Of a stretch of 64,000 nucleotides of DNA, positions 51,930 through 64,000 are shown piece by piece. A model generated the notes under the pieces. That model was not told where the DNA came from and did not search any database. It saw only the letters and a list, made by a program, of their open reading frames with translations. Where the stretch lies: assembly GCF_009914755.1 (NCBI RefSeq), contig NC_060935.1. The stretch is one strand, 5' to 3'. Within the stretch, counting starts at the first letter, position 1. Each line of letters opens with the position of its first letter. The position numbers and the translations under genes are program-made. Source of the DNA: the human T2T-CHM13v2.0 reference genome, Homo sapiens.

Positions 51930-54149
51930 GGTGTGTAATTTGATGACTTGGTAGATGCATTGTAATAATCATTACATTGTGTAATCATTATCACAAACAA
52001 ATTAATCAACGCACCTATCACCACACATGCTGTATGTGAAATCTCCAGAACTTGTTCATTTTATAACTGAAAATTTGTTCCCTTTGATCAATATATTATT
52101 TTTCTCCACCTCCAGCCACTGGAAACTATTGTTCTCTGCTTCTATGAGTTGGACTTTTTTAGATTCCACATATCATTGATATCATACAGTATTTGCCTTT
52201 CTGTGTCTGGATTATTTTTCACTTAGCATAATATCCTCCAGGTTCATACATGTTGTCACAGATGCTGGTATTTTCTTCTTTTTTATAGCGATTAATAAAT
52301 AATACTCCATTGTATATGTATACCACATTTCCTTTATCCATTCATCCATCTATAGACACAAGTGTTTTCTCTATCTTAGCCACGGTGACTAATGCTGCAA
52401 TTAACATGAGAGTGCAGATATATTTTTGAGATACTGATTTCATTTTCTTTGGATAAAAACTCAGAAATGGAGTTGCTGGATTGTATACCAATTTACATTC
52501 CCACTAAAAATGAACAACTGTTTTTTTTTTTCTTCCACACCCTCTCCAACACTTATCTTTTGACTTTTTGAGAATAGCCATCCTAACATATGTGAGGTGA
52601 TATTTCACTGTGGTTTTGATTTGCATTTTTCTGATGAATAGTGATGTTGAACATCTTTTCATATACCTGTTGGCCATTTTTATGTCTTCTTTGGACAAAT
52701 GTGTATTTAGATCTTTTACCCGTCTTCTAATTCAATTACTTTTTTTTCCTATTGAGTTGTACAAGTTCCTGGTATATTTTAGATATTAATCCCTTATCAG
52801 ATATATGATTTGCAAATATCTTCTCCAATTCCTTAGGTTGTCATTTTACTCTGTTGACTGTTTCCTTTGAAGAGAAGCAGCTTTAAAAAATTTGATGTGG
52901 TCTAACTTGTCTAGTTTTGCTTTTGTTGCCTGTGCGTTTGGTGTCATAGCTAAGAAAGTGTTGCCAAAACCAAAATCATGAACATTTTCCTCTGCATTTT
53001 CTCCTAAGAGTTTCAGGATTTACATTTATGTAAGTTTTAAATTCATGTTGGATTGATTTTTGTGTATGGTGTGTGATTAGCATCCAACTTCATTCCTTTG
53101 CATGTGGAAATCTGGCTTTCCCAATATCATTTGTTGAAGGCACTATAATTTCTCCACTGTGTATTCTTGGCGCCCTTGTCAAATATTGGTTGATCATATT
53201 TGGGTTTATTTCTGGGCTCTCTATTCAGTTCCATTTGTCTATATGTCTGTCTTTATGCTACTATATTTGTATCTTGCAAGCTTGCTAAACTCACTTATTA
53301 GTTTTAGTAGCTTCTTCTATTTATTCCTTTTGATTTTCTACATACACAATTGTGTTGTCTATGAATAAAAGCAGTTTTATCTCTTTCTTTCTAATTTGAA
53401 TAGTTTTATTTCTTTTTCTTGCCTTATTGCACTGGCTAGAACTTCAAATACAATGTTAAACGGAAATGAGGAGAATGTAAATTTCTGTCCTATTGTTTAT
53501 ATTAGGGAATAATCTCTCATTTTCCCACCATTCCTTATGTAGATTTTTCACAGATGATCTTTTTCACATAAGGGAGTTCCCTTTGATTCCTGTTTTTTCT
53601 TTTCATAGTATTTTTCTTTTTAAAATCAGGAATGGATTTAGGATTTTCTGCATCTACTGAGCTGATAATCTAGTTTTGTTTTTGTTTATTAATATGATGG
53701 ATAGCATTTTCTGATTTTTGAATGTTAAACCATTCTTGTAATTTGGGGGATAAACTACACTTGGTTACAGTATATTATTCTTTTCATTATCACAGTAAGT
53801 AGAAGATGTTCCTGATCATTCTAGGGTGGGTAAAATTGTCACAGATGGTATTACCTAAAACTGTATGCCAATTTTAAAAGAGGTTTGTAGTTCTGAGTCA
53901 TTTACAATCCTCTGTTAAAAGGAGAATATATATAGAGGGACATATGCAAGTGGAAGGAAGACAGAGGAAAAGAAGACATTTGAAATTTTTTCATCTTCTG
54001 AAAAATCTGTTCTGAAGGAGGTAGTTTCATTTCGATTTCAATGCTGAGGATTCAGGACTGCTTGAGAGATAGCTAGGCATGATAGCTGCCTGAGTTGAAG
54101 AGAACAGATCAGAAAGTATGATTTCAGGAGTAATGGTTTGGGTCCTGTG

Positions 54150-54860
54150 TTATTTGAAACAGTTGCTCCTTCTTTTTTCTTGGACAAACTTTCACATTCT
54201 TCCTTTGTCTTCCTGACTACTAGTTTATTCTGTTTCTTAAATATTAGAGTCTACCAGGGCTTTGTCATTGACCTTGCTCTCTCTCTTAGTTGCTCCTTAG
54301 GTAATTTCACCAAGCCCTATGACTTTAAATACTTCTTTTATTTAAATAAAATAAAATAAAATTCTTTACCATGGCCTATAAGACTCAGCCTGTATGGGTT
54401 TCTAATTACCTCCATGACTATATGTGCTTCCACTCTCCTCACTCACTCTGCTCTAGCCATGGAGAATGCTGTCCATGCAGAATGCAAAACCTGTTCCCAT
54501 AAGGATTTTAAACGTGCTCTTCCCTTTTATTGGAATGCGTCCCCAGGTCTCATGGTTCACTCCCTTATTCTATTCAGTTCTCTGTTCAAATATCTAACAG
54601 AGTCCTTCCCCAAGGCCTAAACTTCCTTTGCTATCATTAGCCACTCTCTGTTTCATTGTCCCCATACCTGCTTTACCTCTCATTGAATTCTTCTTACCAC
54701 CTCATATTATATCAATGATGTATTTATTTATGTGTTCATTATCTGTCTTATGCACTATGAAGTAAGAGCCAAGGAAGCAACAGCATTGCCTCATTTCCTT
54801 TTGACTCTCAATAGGTATTAAAAAAAATTCTAGTGATCAGTAAGTAAATATTTGCTGACC
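54150..54860 (+). mobile_element. L2 fragment
   Basis: ccctatgactttaaatac, ttctttaccatggcctataag, ttcagttctctgttcaaatatc, tail cagtaagtaaatatttgctga. Confidence 0.65.
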
Positions 54861-55904
54861 CTTTATAGATGAGGTTTTACAAGTTATTCCCAGCCAATGT
54901 ATAGATTTTTTGTGTGTGTGTTTCTAGGCAGTCCTCTTGCATTTGTGTTAGCTACAACGAGATGGCATGAGTTTCTGTTGATTTATTCATAACATCAAAA
55001 ATTGGCTTTTCTCAGGTACAGCTAACACAAAAGAACAAGAATAGTGTAAAATTCAGTTGGCTGTGCTTTGCACAAAATCTTTATGTTTTCTTAATCTGAT
55101 GACATTAATTATTGACCAAACATTGTCTTCACTTATCAAGTCTTAAAAATCATGTAAAATCATTTTTAAGTTAATTTTTCTTTTTAGGTTGAGAGTGCAC
55201 TGAGGTCATGCACTGTGAATTATTCATTCTTTTAGTCCCAGATTCAGATCCTGACAAATAGAAAGTTCTCAATAAATGTTTCTTGAAAATGGCAAATTGG
55301 AGAATGATTCAGGGAAATAAAAGTATCTAGACATAGATTTACGCATTTCCTCTGTAAAGACTTGTCCGGATTTTTATAAAAGTTTGTGACTTTCTATTTT
55401 CTTACTCAATTCTGTTCTGTGTCCCAAATCTAATCCTAATTCATTTTCTTAGGCACACTCTCAATGTACATGTAAGTCTAAATCTGGCCCAAATTAACCT
55501 TTCTGTTACTCACTGCTGATGAAGTTCTACTTTCCAGCCTCCTATGGGACCTACACGCCAGAGATAAGAAGTTCAGCACAGGCCAACAGGGATGGGATCA
55601 GTTTAGACCAAATCACCTGAGTTTAACCCTAGTGGTCCTTATTCTATCAAATATGGACTAGATCTAACCAGAAGAAAGGCTGGGGGATGGGGAATCCCAG
55701 GTTCACCAACTAATGTTTATATAACTGAGAAAATTCTGGTACCATCTTAAGTATGATGGTTGAATAGGCAAGACAGTTCATATTCATTAAAATTTTAAAA
55801 AGTTTTTCCCTCTTCCTATAATGGTAATCATTGTAAAATGTTAAAGCAATACAGAATGTAATATGAATCATTTTATCTCATGACCCAAGCAAAACCACTG
55901 TTAT

Positions 55905-56840
55905 GGTTATATATTACTGTGTACAAACCACTCCAAATGGGAGAAACTTAAAACAATAACAATCATCTTATGGTTGTCTTTTGGGTTCTAGGGGTTGGCT
56001 GGGCTTGGCTAGGTAGTTTTCACTTGGTCTCTCATGTGCCTTGTGGTTGGGGCTGAGGCTGGAATCACCTGAAAACTCACTCACATGTTGGTGACTGGGT
56101 AGGGAGACTCAAAGACTGTTGGACCAGTGCAGCTGGGACTCCTTGGACAACTCTCTTGAATTCTGTATAGTCTTTCCATATGGTCTGTCCAGCATGGTGA
56201 CTTTAGGGTAGTGGGACTTCCATAGCAACTCAGAGCTCCAGAGGTCCATGTCCCGAGAGAGAGAGTGGGACAGGTGGAAGTGTGTCTTTGTCTGGGATGC
56301 TATAACAAATTTCCATGAACTTGGTGGCTTAAAAAACATTTATTTTTCATAGTTCTGAAGGCTGAAAGTCTGAGATGAGTGTGCTAGCCGGGATGGTCAG
56401 GTTCTGATGAGACCTCTCTTTTGGTTTCAGACTGTTGATTTCTTGATGTATTTCTCCATGTGGCAGAAATAGAATTCTCTGGGATCCCTTGTATAAAGGC
56501 ACTAATAAATTATGAGGGCTTCATCCTCATGACCTACTCAGCTTTCAAAGGCTCCACCTCCTACTACCATCAGTTTGAGGGTTAGGATTTTAACACATGA
56601 ATTTTGGGGGGAAACAAATATTTAGTCCATATCAAAGCTGAATTGGTTCTTCTAAGACAGCCTCAGAAATCATGCAACAGTACTAATGGGGTGCTCTATT
56701 GGTCAAAAAAGTACTCAAAACCAAGCTCAATGGTGAGGGTCATGGGCTCCACCTCTTGATGGAGAAGTGGTAGGGTACTTCAAGAGCACGTGGGATGGAA
56801 ATATTGTGGCCATTTTTGGGAAATGCAATCTGCCACAACC
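55905..56840 (-). mobile_element. MLT1 LTR with a nested MLT1A-type LTR (56281-56633)
   Basis: Outer LTR words resume after the inner gctataacaaatttccatgaacttggtggctt...gaattttggggggaaacaaatatttagtccatatca. Confidence 0.7.
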
Positions 56841-58039
56841 ACTTATATTTTGATGGCTCTCCTCTGAGGCATCTCTTTATGCAAATTCTGTTTTACAAAA
56901 AATGGGTTTTTATGATACATGCTGTTATAAAACTTTCTTTGTTCATATTAGACCAATTGCAAGATCACAGAAAAAAGAAGCTGAGAGATTAGCAACATGA
57001 CTTGCCTTGCAGTGAATTAGCTGCAGAGTTGGTCTAGATTCCATGTCTCTTGATTACAAATCTGGGACCCTTTCTACTGCTCCACATGGAATAATGAAGG
57101 CAGAGTTCTGTGCTGTTCCATGTTGGAGCTACGGATGAAACAGGATGGGTATTGAGGTACTTGAGGAAGGCTAGAACTGTTGAGAGGTTTATTTGGTAGC
57201 CCATACAGAAGCAGGTGGGTTTTACATTTATAATGAAAACTAAAAGGAAGCATCAAAGTTTACGAGATAGCATGGAGAAAGGCAGGTGGCTGATTATACA
57301 TTTCCTCTTAAATAGGTTGGATGATTCTAAGTTTAGAGAAGAACGGAAGTCAGCTTAGGCTGGGAAAAAATAAACTTAATTTGGCAGGGCAGGTAGGTCG
57401 GAGTTGGAAGCCAGGAAGGTGGGCAGTTAAAAAAAAGTATCACTTTGTTTTTAGTGTCTACTATATACTACATAGCTGTTGGGGACAGAGTCAGAACTCT
57501 AACTGATACATTTATACATAAACTCTGTGGTTTTCCACTGAAATAATTGAAGTCATCTGGAGTCATATTTCCTAAAACATATTTGTGCAATGCTAGTTCC
57601 GCGAACAACTGTGATGAATTGGGTTCTGTATGATGGAAATAATTGAATTTCAATTATTTCAAGTTTAGTCTTGAGAAATGCTGTGTACCATCTTACCCTC
57701 TTGGAGATTTACATGACAATGAAGGTTCTTGGAAGTTGTCCAGTTATTACATTGTGCTTCATATAACTCAGAGTTGCCAAAAATTATTTGACCATGGGAA
57801 TCTTCATTGTTATAACCACTAAACATCTCACTGAATAGTACCTTAACAAAACAAACTTTGAGAAAAACTGACCTAAAGAAATGTAGATTAAAGAAAGAAG
57901 TAGTAATAACTGTCTTCAAAGCTACAAAGGCTAGACTGTAGGCACTCTATGCACCTGTGATAGTCTAGGTTATGAATAATTTGTACCAAAGTTTATAATA
58001 ATATAGATTGTAATTAAGATGTGTTTTTAAATTAATTTT

Positions 58040-58410
58040 TTATTTATGCATAAATTTTTAATTTATCAATACATGTATTTTTATTGATAAATTGTCCTCC
58101 ATAGTTATGGGGAACATCTTATATTTTGATACATTCATATAATGTGTAATAATCAAATTAGGGGATTAGGATATCCATAACCTTAAACATTTATCTTTTC
58201 TTTATGCTGGGAACATTGGAATTATTCTCTTTTAGCTATTTTGAAATATATAATAGATTACTGTTTACCATAGTGCCCCATAATGATTTATCAAACAATA
58301 GGTCTTATTTCTTCTATCTAACTGTATTGTTGTACCCATTAATCAACCTCTATTCAACTCCACTCCACTTCTCTGCTACTGGGCCCTGGTAACCACCAAT
58401 CTACTCTCTA
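58040..58410 (-). mobile_element. L1MA 3' end
   Basis: atccataaccttaaacatttatc...ctattttgaaatatataatag...ctggtaaccaccaatctactctc. Confidence 0.8.
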
Positions 58411-58626
58411 AGGATGCGTGTTATTCTTGTGACTTACCATGGCAGTTACAGATTTTGTTTCCAAGACAAGAGCTAAGTGGAAAAGCTCCAATCCCCTTAG
58501 AGGTTGGAATAGGAGACAGACATCTGCAAGTTCATCAAAAGTTGAACCGTCACAACTGTGTCATACACTCTGGGCTGAATCATTTATCTGATTATGTGGA
58601 CTAAAAGAATGTAGATGTCCAGGGCA

Positions 58627-59604
58627 TCAAAGGGAAGAAATTTTTCTATTGATGAGCTTTCTCAGGGCACCTTTCATATCCTTATTCCTCAAGCTGTAGA
58701 TGAAGGGGTTCATCATGGGTGTCACCACAGTGAATAGGACAGCACCAATCTTATCAGTGTCCTCAGGGTGAGTGGAGGAGGGGAAAAAGTACACGCCTAC
58801 AGTGGTTCCGTAGAACAGTAATGCAATTGTCAGGTGAGAGCCACAAGTGGAGAAGGCTTTCCACTTTCCCTGTGTGGATGATACTCCCAGGACAGCTCTG
58901 ATGATGCAGACATAGGAGAAGAAGATGAGTACAAAGGGGAAGATGATAACTGATAAACCCACAATAAACAACACAAGCTCATTGATCATTGTATCTGAAC
59001 AGGACAGTTTGAGCAGAGGGGCCAAGTCACAGAAGAAGTGTGGGAGAGTGTTGTGGTCACAGAAGAGCAATTGAATGAGCAGAAGGGTGTGTGTAAGAGC
59101 AATAATATTACTGAGGAACCACGAGATGACTGTGAGCAAAGTGCCGAACCTGGCCCGCATGAAAGTTGTATAGTTCAGAGGGTGGCAGATCGCCACAAAG
59201 TGGTCGAAGGCCATGGTCCCCAAAAGCAAATTGTCAGTGACGACAAACACAATAGAAAAGTACATCTGTGTGATGCAGCTCTCATAAGAGATGGATTGGC
59301 TGTTGGTTTGAATATTCACCAGCATTTTGGGGACTGAGTTGGAAATGGAGGAAATATCAGCAAAGGATAGGTAGGCAAGGAAGAGATACATGGGGGTGTG
59401 AAGGTATATATCCAAGCTGATAGCCACAATGATGAGCCCGTTCCCAACCACAGTGACCACATACATACTCAGGAAAAGCACAAAGAGGAGGTTTTGATGT
59501 TCAGCCTGGTTGGAGAGTCCCAGGAGAATGAATTCAGTGATGGTGGTTTGGTTTTCTTGATGCATATTTCTGCTGATCTGAAGAAAGGAACACAAAGTCT
59601 TCAT
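58627..59604 (-). CDS. OR1S2: Olfactory receptor 1S2 (325 aa from first ATG; 312 aa from Met14 at 59565)
   Basis: Intact 7TM ORF with NQT glycosylation site, [48 protein letters not shown]; TM3 motif reads MAFDHF. Confidence 0.93.
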   Translation of the reverse strand: MKTLCSFLQISRNMHQENQTTITEFILLGLSNQAEHQNLLFVLFLSMYVVTVVGNGLIIVAISLDIYLHTPMYLFLAYLSFADISSISNSVPKMLVNIQTNSQSISYESCITQMYFSIVFVVTDNLLLGTMAFDHFVAICHPLNYTTFMRARFGTLLTVISWFLSNIIALTHTLLLIQLLFCDHNTLPHFFCDLAPLLKLSCSDTMINELVLFIVGLSVIIFPFVLIFFSYVCIIRAVLGVSSTQGKWKAFSTCGSHLTIALLFYGTTVGVYFFPSSTHPEDTDKIGAVLFTVVTPMMNPFIYSLRNKDMKGALRKLINRKISSL

Positions 59605-62600
59605 ACACCTACAAGAAAATTTAACATGGTGTCATTTGGCTGCAGCCATTACAGTAAGGCACTTCCTTTAAGCTGATGAGCAATAAAGCTTCTTCTGCTT
59701 ATTAAGTGGAAGTGCTACTTAATAAGGAAGTATTTCAGCAGTGCAGAGATTTGGAAAATGCCACAGAAAAAGACAGGACATGGCAGATTCTTCTCAATGA
59801 ACATGTTTTAAACTCTAACAGAATTCTGAATGTGATTTTCCCAGTTGGTTCTAAATGTAGGTTAAATCCCCCAAACTGAGGATCATAGGTGAGGCATACC
59901 CTATATTCTAGAGATGTTAGGTACATGTGCAGGAATTACTTAAAAGTTACCAAACTGGTCCCCAAATCATCTCCCTTGTTCAACTTTATGCCTTAAATCT
60001 AAGAAAGGAGAAATTTCAAGTCTCGTAAGAGACTGGAGAAGGAAACACAACTAAGGGTTAGGAATGGCTATGGGAGTGTACACCATTGTGTGGGTGCTTC
60101 ATCCCATTAACGCCGGGGGAGAACTCCAAAACAAGTGCTTTTGGAGAATAAGTACAAGTAGGAGCAATCAGGGTTTTACTTCATCTGTGGCTAGATATTA
60201 GCTTCAAGAAAATTTAGGGGGCACAGATACACTTAAAGACTTCTGTTTGCCTCTCATTTCTAAAGGTGAGGGGCTCACTGGATCAGGTCGTGATGGCAGG
60301 GTAGAGGGAAAAGATGGTGGTTAGTAGGGCAATCTGCATTTTCACCCATGACATGGCATAAATATGTGAATTTCCCATAGGACACGTGATGCTATAGGAG
60401 GTCATTGGAGTCAAGTCACCTTGTTGAGATTCCAATCCAGAGACAGCCTATTGGGGCAGAGGAGGCTGTAGCAATAAGAAACCATGAGGTGGGTCTCTTT
60501 TGAAAGAGAGATCTTAAAGAGATCAGGGACATAATTCATTGCCCTTGTCAGGGAACCGCATAATGGGGCAGTCTCCAAAAGGGAGCCTCTGACAATCCTC
60601 AAAATGATCTCAAGAGACACCATGCCTGCCACATATAAGGCACAAGCTGCTAGTATCTATGGCAACAGATATGAACACTTTTGCCTTTTTTCCCATCCCC
60701 ATTCTTCCTCCCTGACCTGATAAAACTGAAAAAGAAGGAAAGACCAAAATGACTAAAACAACAACAACAATAGTAACAACAACGGTTTTGCGGGAAGAGA
60801 GGCCAAAGAGCAAGGGAAGAACATATGCTCCCACCTTTCCACTGTATGACCCAAGCTACACATCAGATCTGAACTTACAAGGTAGGACCCATGCTTTGAA
60901 TTGATAGTGAAGCTGAAGTTTAAAATTGGGCTGGACTTGGTTTTTTAATACCTGGAAATGGGTCTTCAGTATCAAAGTTAAACATTTTTAAAACCTTAAG
61001 TGGCCAGAAAGGTAAACGGCTCTCACAAGGTGTCATCCAGGAGAAGGGAAGAGAGACTGGACCTAGTATGATTTTCCTTGTGATTTATTGGAAATAATTT
61101 CAGCTTGGGAACAAAGAGACATTTGTCCCTCTTTCTACTCTCTTAACATTGTCTCCCTCTCATTTTATCCCTCTCTTCTACCTATCTCCAACATCACTTA
61201 TCTCTCAAAGATTTTCTTTCCATTCAGCATCCAGAAAAGAGGAAATCATGTCTGGAATTCCTGAAAACTGAAAGGCATTGGAGATTGAAGCAGAGATCTG
61301 AAGTTTCTTTGCTTCTGAAAAGCTTGGCTTAGAAATCAGAGAGGAGGAAAAACACATGCAGAAGGGAGAATCCACAACAAAACTGAAATGAGCTAAATAA
61401 CTGGCAGGCATCTATATTGAAGATACAGACTGGCCTGTGGTTATCAAGCCCTGGGCTGGTTTGCACTTGACTAGAAGGGAGAATTGTATGTTTCTGAGTG
61501 ACAATCTCTGATTTCTGCTTTCCATTCTACCTTTCCTACCCACCAGTAGTCCTGCATAAACTGTTCTGAGTTCTTAAGGTGGCTGCCTAGCTCGTCAAGA
61601 CCAATGCTGGATTCTGAAGAGATTCACCTCTGAATGATGGTAAAAATCTCAGAAAGTTACTGGTTTCTAGACCCAGTGGCTTTCCTTATCCTTAGCAGAG
61701 TTGCAGGTGGAGACTCAGTAGCTCTTAGGTATTTTTCAGATTAAACTCTTCCTCCAAGCTTCCTTCCAAGATCTTAATAGAATCACGGTGCTGGGCTCAC
61801 CTGGGACATTCAGGTCCTTCCCATCCCTTTGGGATAATATCCCTCAAGTGTTTTCCTCAAGACACAGTAATTTTTACATCCAAGTCTTGATGAGGTAAAT
61901 GGGGAACAGACAGACAGCTCTGCTTTTTTTCCCTTGTTTTGTCTTCACATGCTCTTCCCGCTTGTGATTTCCTATCTGTAACTTAGTTGATTATTGCTCT
62001 TCACAGGGAGGGAGTTGTTTGCGCTGTCTTCTTCTCCCAGCGAAATGGTCAGCATTTTCAGAGTTCTTTTCTGTGTCTTCTCTAATGCTTAATGGTGGGA
62101 AACACTTAGGAAATACCTAGAGAATGGAGTTGAATTTTTTGACTAGAGATTATGAATCCAAAGGGATGTGATCTCTAGTGGATGGAAATAGGATGTGATC
62201 TTGGCATCAGTTGAATAAATGTTAGCATTGGAAATTGGAGACCCAGTGATTCAGCATTCAAGGCTCTTAATTGCAAACTAAAGACAAATGCTGGGTTTCT
62301 AATTTTGCAAATAAACATATTGAAATGATATGAGTGCTTCACAATACAATGGGAAGGATGGAAAAAGACATCCGGAAATGGACAGAATCAAGAGAGACTG
62401 CCCAGCCAGGGACTCAGGCAAAATTAATATATCCCTTCTTCCAATGCTTAGAGGTGACTCACAATATAGTACAATTATTTCTCACCCAAACTAAGAAAGT
62501 TGATCCCTTCTTCAATAGGAAAAAACTCAACCTATGGATTAAGTGTATCAATGAATAATATTTAAAATAATGGTGTAATAGAGATGGAAAAAGGCAAGTT

Positions 62601-62614
62601 ATTCTATTTATGCA

Positions 62615-64000
62615 CTAACATACAAAAATCAGTAGCACTTATATATGCTAGTAGTGAATTATCTGTAAAAGAAATAAGGCAAACAATTACATTTACAATA
62701 GCTACAAATGAAAAATAACTAGGAATAAACTTAACCAAGGAGGTGAAAGATTTCTACCCTGAAAACTATATAACTTTGATGAAAGAAACTGAGGAAGACA
62801 CAAATAAATGGGATGATATCTTGTGTTCAAGGATTAGAAGAATGGATATTGTTAAAATAACCATACTATCCAAAGAGATCTACAGGTTTATTACGATCCT
62901 TATAAAAATTTCAATGACATTCTTCACAGAAGTAGAAAAAAATCCTAAAATTCATATGGAACCATAAAAAACCCCAAATTGACAAAGCAGTCCTGAACAA
63001 AACGAATAAAGCTGAAGGCACCACACTACCTGACTTCAAAATATGCTATAAAGCTGTAGCAACCAAAACAGCGTGGGATAAAACAGATACAGAGATCAGT
63101 GAAATAAAATATAAAGTGTGGAAATAAATTCAAGCACCTAAAGTCAATGGATTTTCAATAAAGATGCCAAGAACAACACATTGGGGCAAAGACAATAAAT
63201 GGTGTTGGTAAAACTGGATATTCACATGGAGAAGAATGACATTAGACTCCTGTCTCTCACCATACACAAACATAAACTTAAAATAGAAGGAAGACATAAG
63301 TGTAAAACCATCATCTATGAAACTAACAGAAGAAAACATAGAGAAACACTTTGTAACATTGGGCTGGGCAAAAATTTTTAAAATAAGACCTCAAAATCTC
63401 AGGCATTAAAAACAAAAATAGAGAAATGGAGTTAAACTAAAAAAAATTTGCACAGCAAAGAAACTATTAACAAACTGAAGAGATAACCTACAAAATTTCA
63501 AAAAGTATTTGCAAACTATGCATCTGACAAGGGGTTATAATATAGACTATATAAGGAACTTAACAGCAAAAAACTAATTAAAAATGGGCAGATCTTAATA
63601 CACGTTTCTCAAAAGAAAACATGGCCAAACGGATGTATAAAAAATGCTTAACATCATTAATCATCAGATAATTCCAAATCAAAATTATCTTGGGATATCT
63701 CCTTACTCTTATTAGAATGGCTATGTGTCAGAAGACAGAAGTAAACAAATGTTAGCGAGGATGTGGAGGAAAGGGTACACATACGCTTACACACTGTTGG
63801 TGGAATTGTAAAGTAGTACAGCCACTATGAAAAACAGAATGGGGTTTCCTCAAGAAATTAAAAATAGAACTACCATATGATCCAGCAATCCCACTACTAG
63901 GTATATATCCAAAGGAAATGAAATCTGTATGTTTAAAAAGGTCTGCATTCCCATGTTTATTGCCACACTATATACAATAGGCAAGATATAGAATCAACCT
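62615..64000 (+). mobile_element. Old L1 (L1PB/L1MA-like) ORF2 3' region, runs off window
   Basis: caaaaatcagtagca, ggaataaacttaaccaaggaggtgaaaga, gaactaccatatgatccagcaatcccactact; the ORF-track peptide at 62743 resembles ORF2p. Confidence 0.9.

Noticed and set aside
59038-59676. Antisense ORFs over OR1S2 (and 218-457 over the pseudogene)
   Set aside because: Shadow ORFs typical of the antisense strand of OR genes.
62743-63381. ORF2p-like peptides
   Set aside because: Fragments of a decayed L1 with stops and frameshifts; not an active element.

Overview
Mammalian, almost certainly human, genomic DNA: it carries an AluYb9, a human-specific subfamily. The window is part of a class II olfactory receptor (OR) cluster that I recognise as 11q12.1. 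It holds three full-length intronless OR ORFs: OR9Q1 (+, 34866-35798), OR9Q2 (+, 45910-46854) and OR1S2 (-, 58627-59604). There are also two OR pseudogenes: a frameshifted OR9I-like gene cut by the window start (1-882) and a decayed OR9Q-like 3' half (about 26564-27149) that the ORF track misses. Most of the rest is interspersed repeats (L1, L2, MIR, Alu, MaLR/ERVL LTRs, Tigger/MER2/MER5/MADE1) and microsatellites. I see no evidence for a new biological system. The items most worth checking are: a Cys179Arg allele in OR9Q2, a DHF instead of DRY motif in OR1S2, splice acceptors suggesting the longer OR1S2 N-terminus is not real, candidate Lhx2/EBF promoter elements, a young AluYb9 nested in MER2 inside L1, and several micro-inversions. 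Repeat subfamilies and boundaries were assigned by eye and are approximate unless a target-site duplication (TSD) is quoted.
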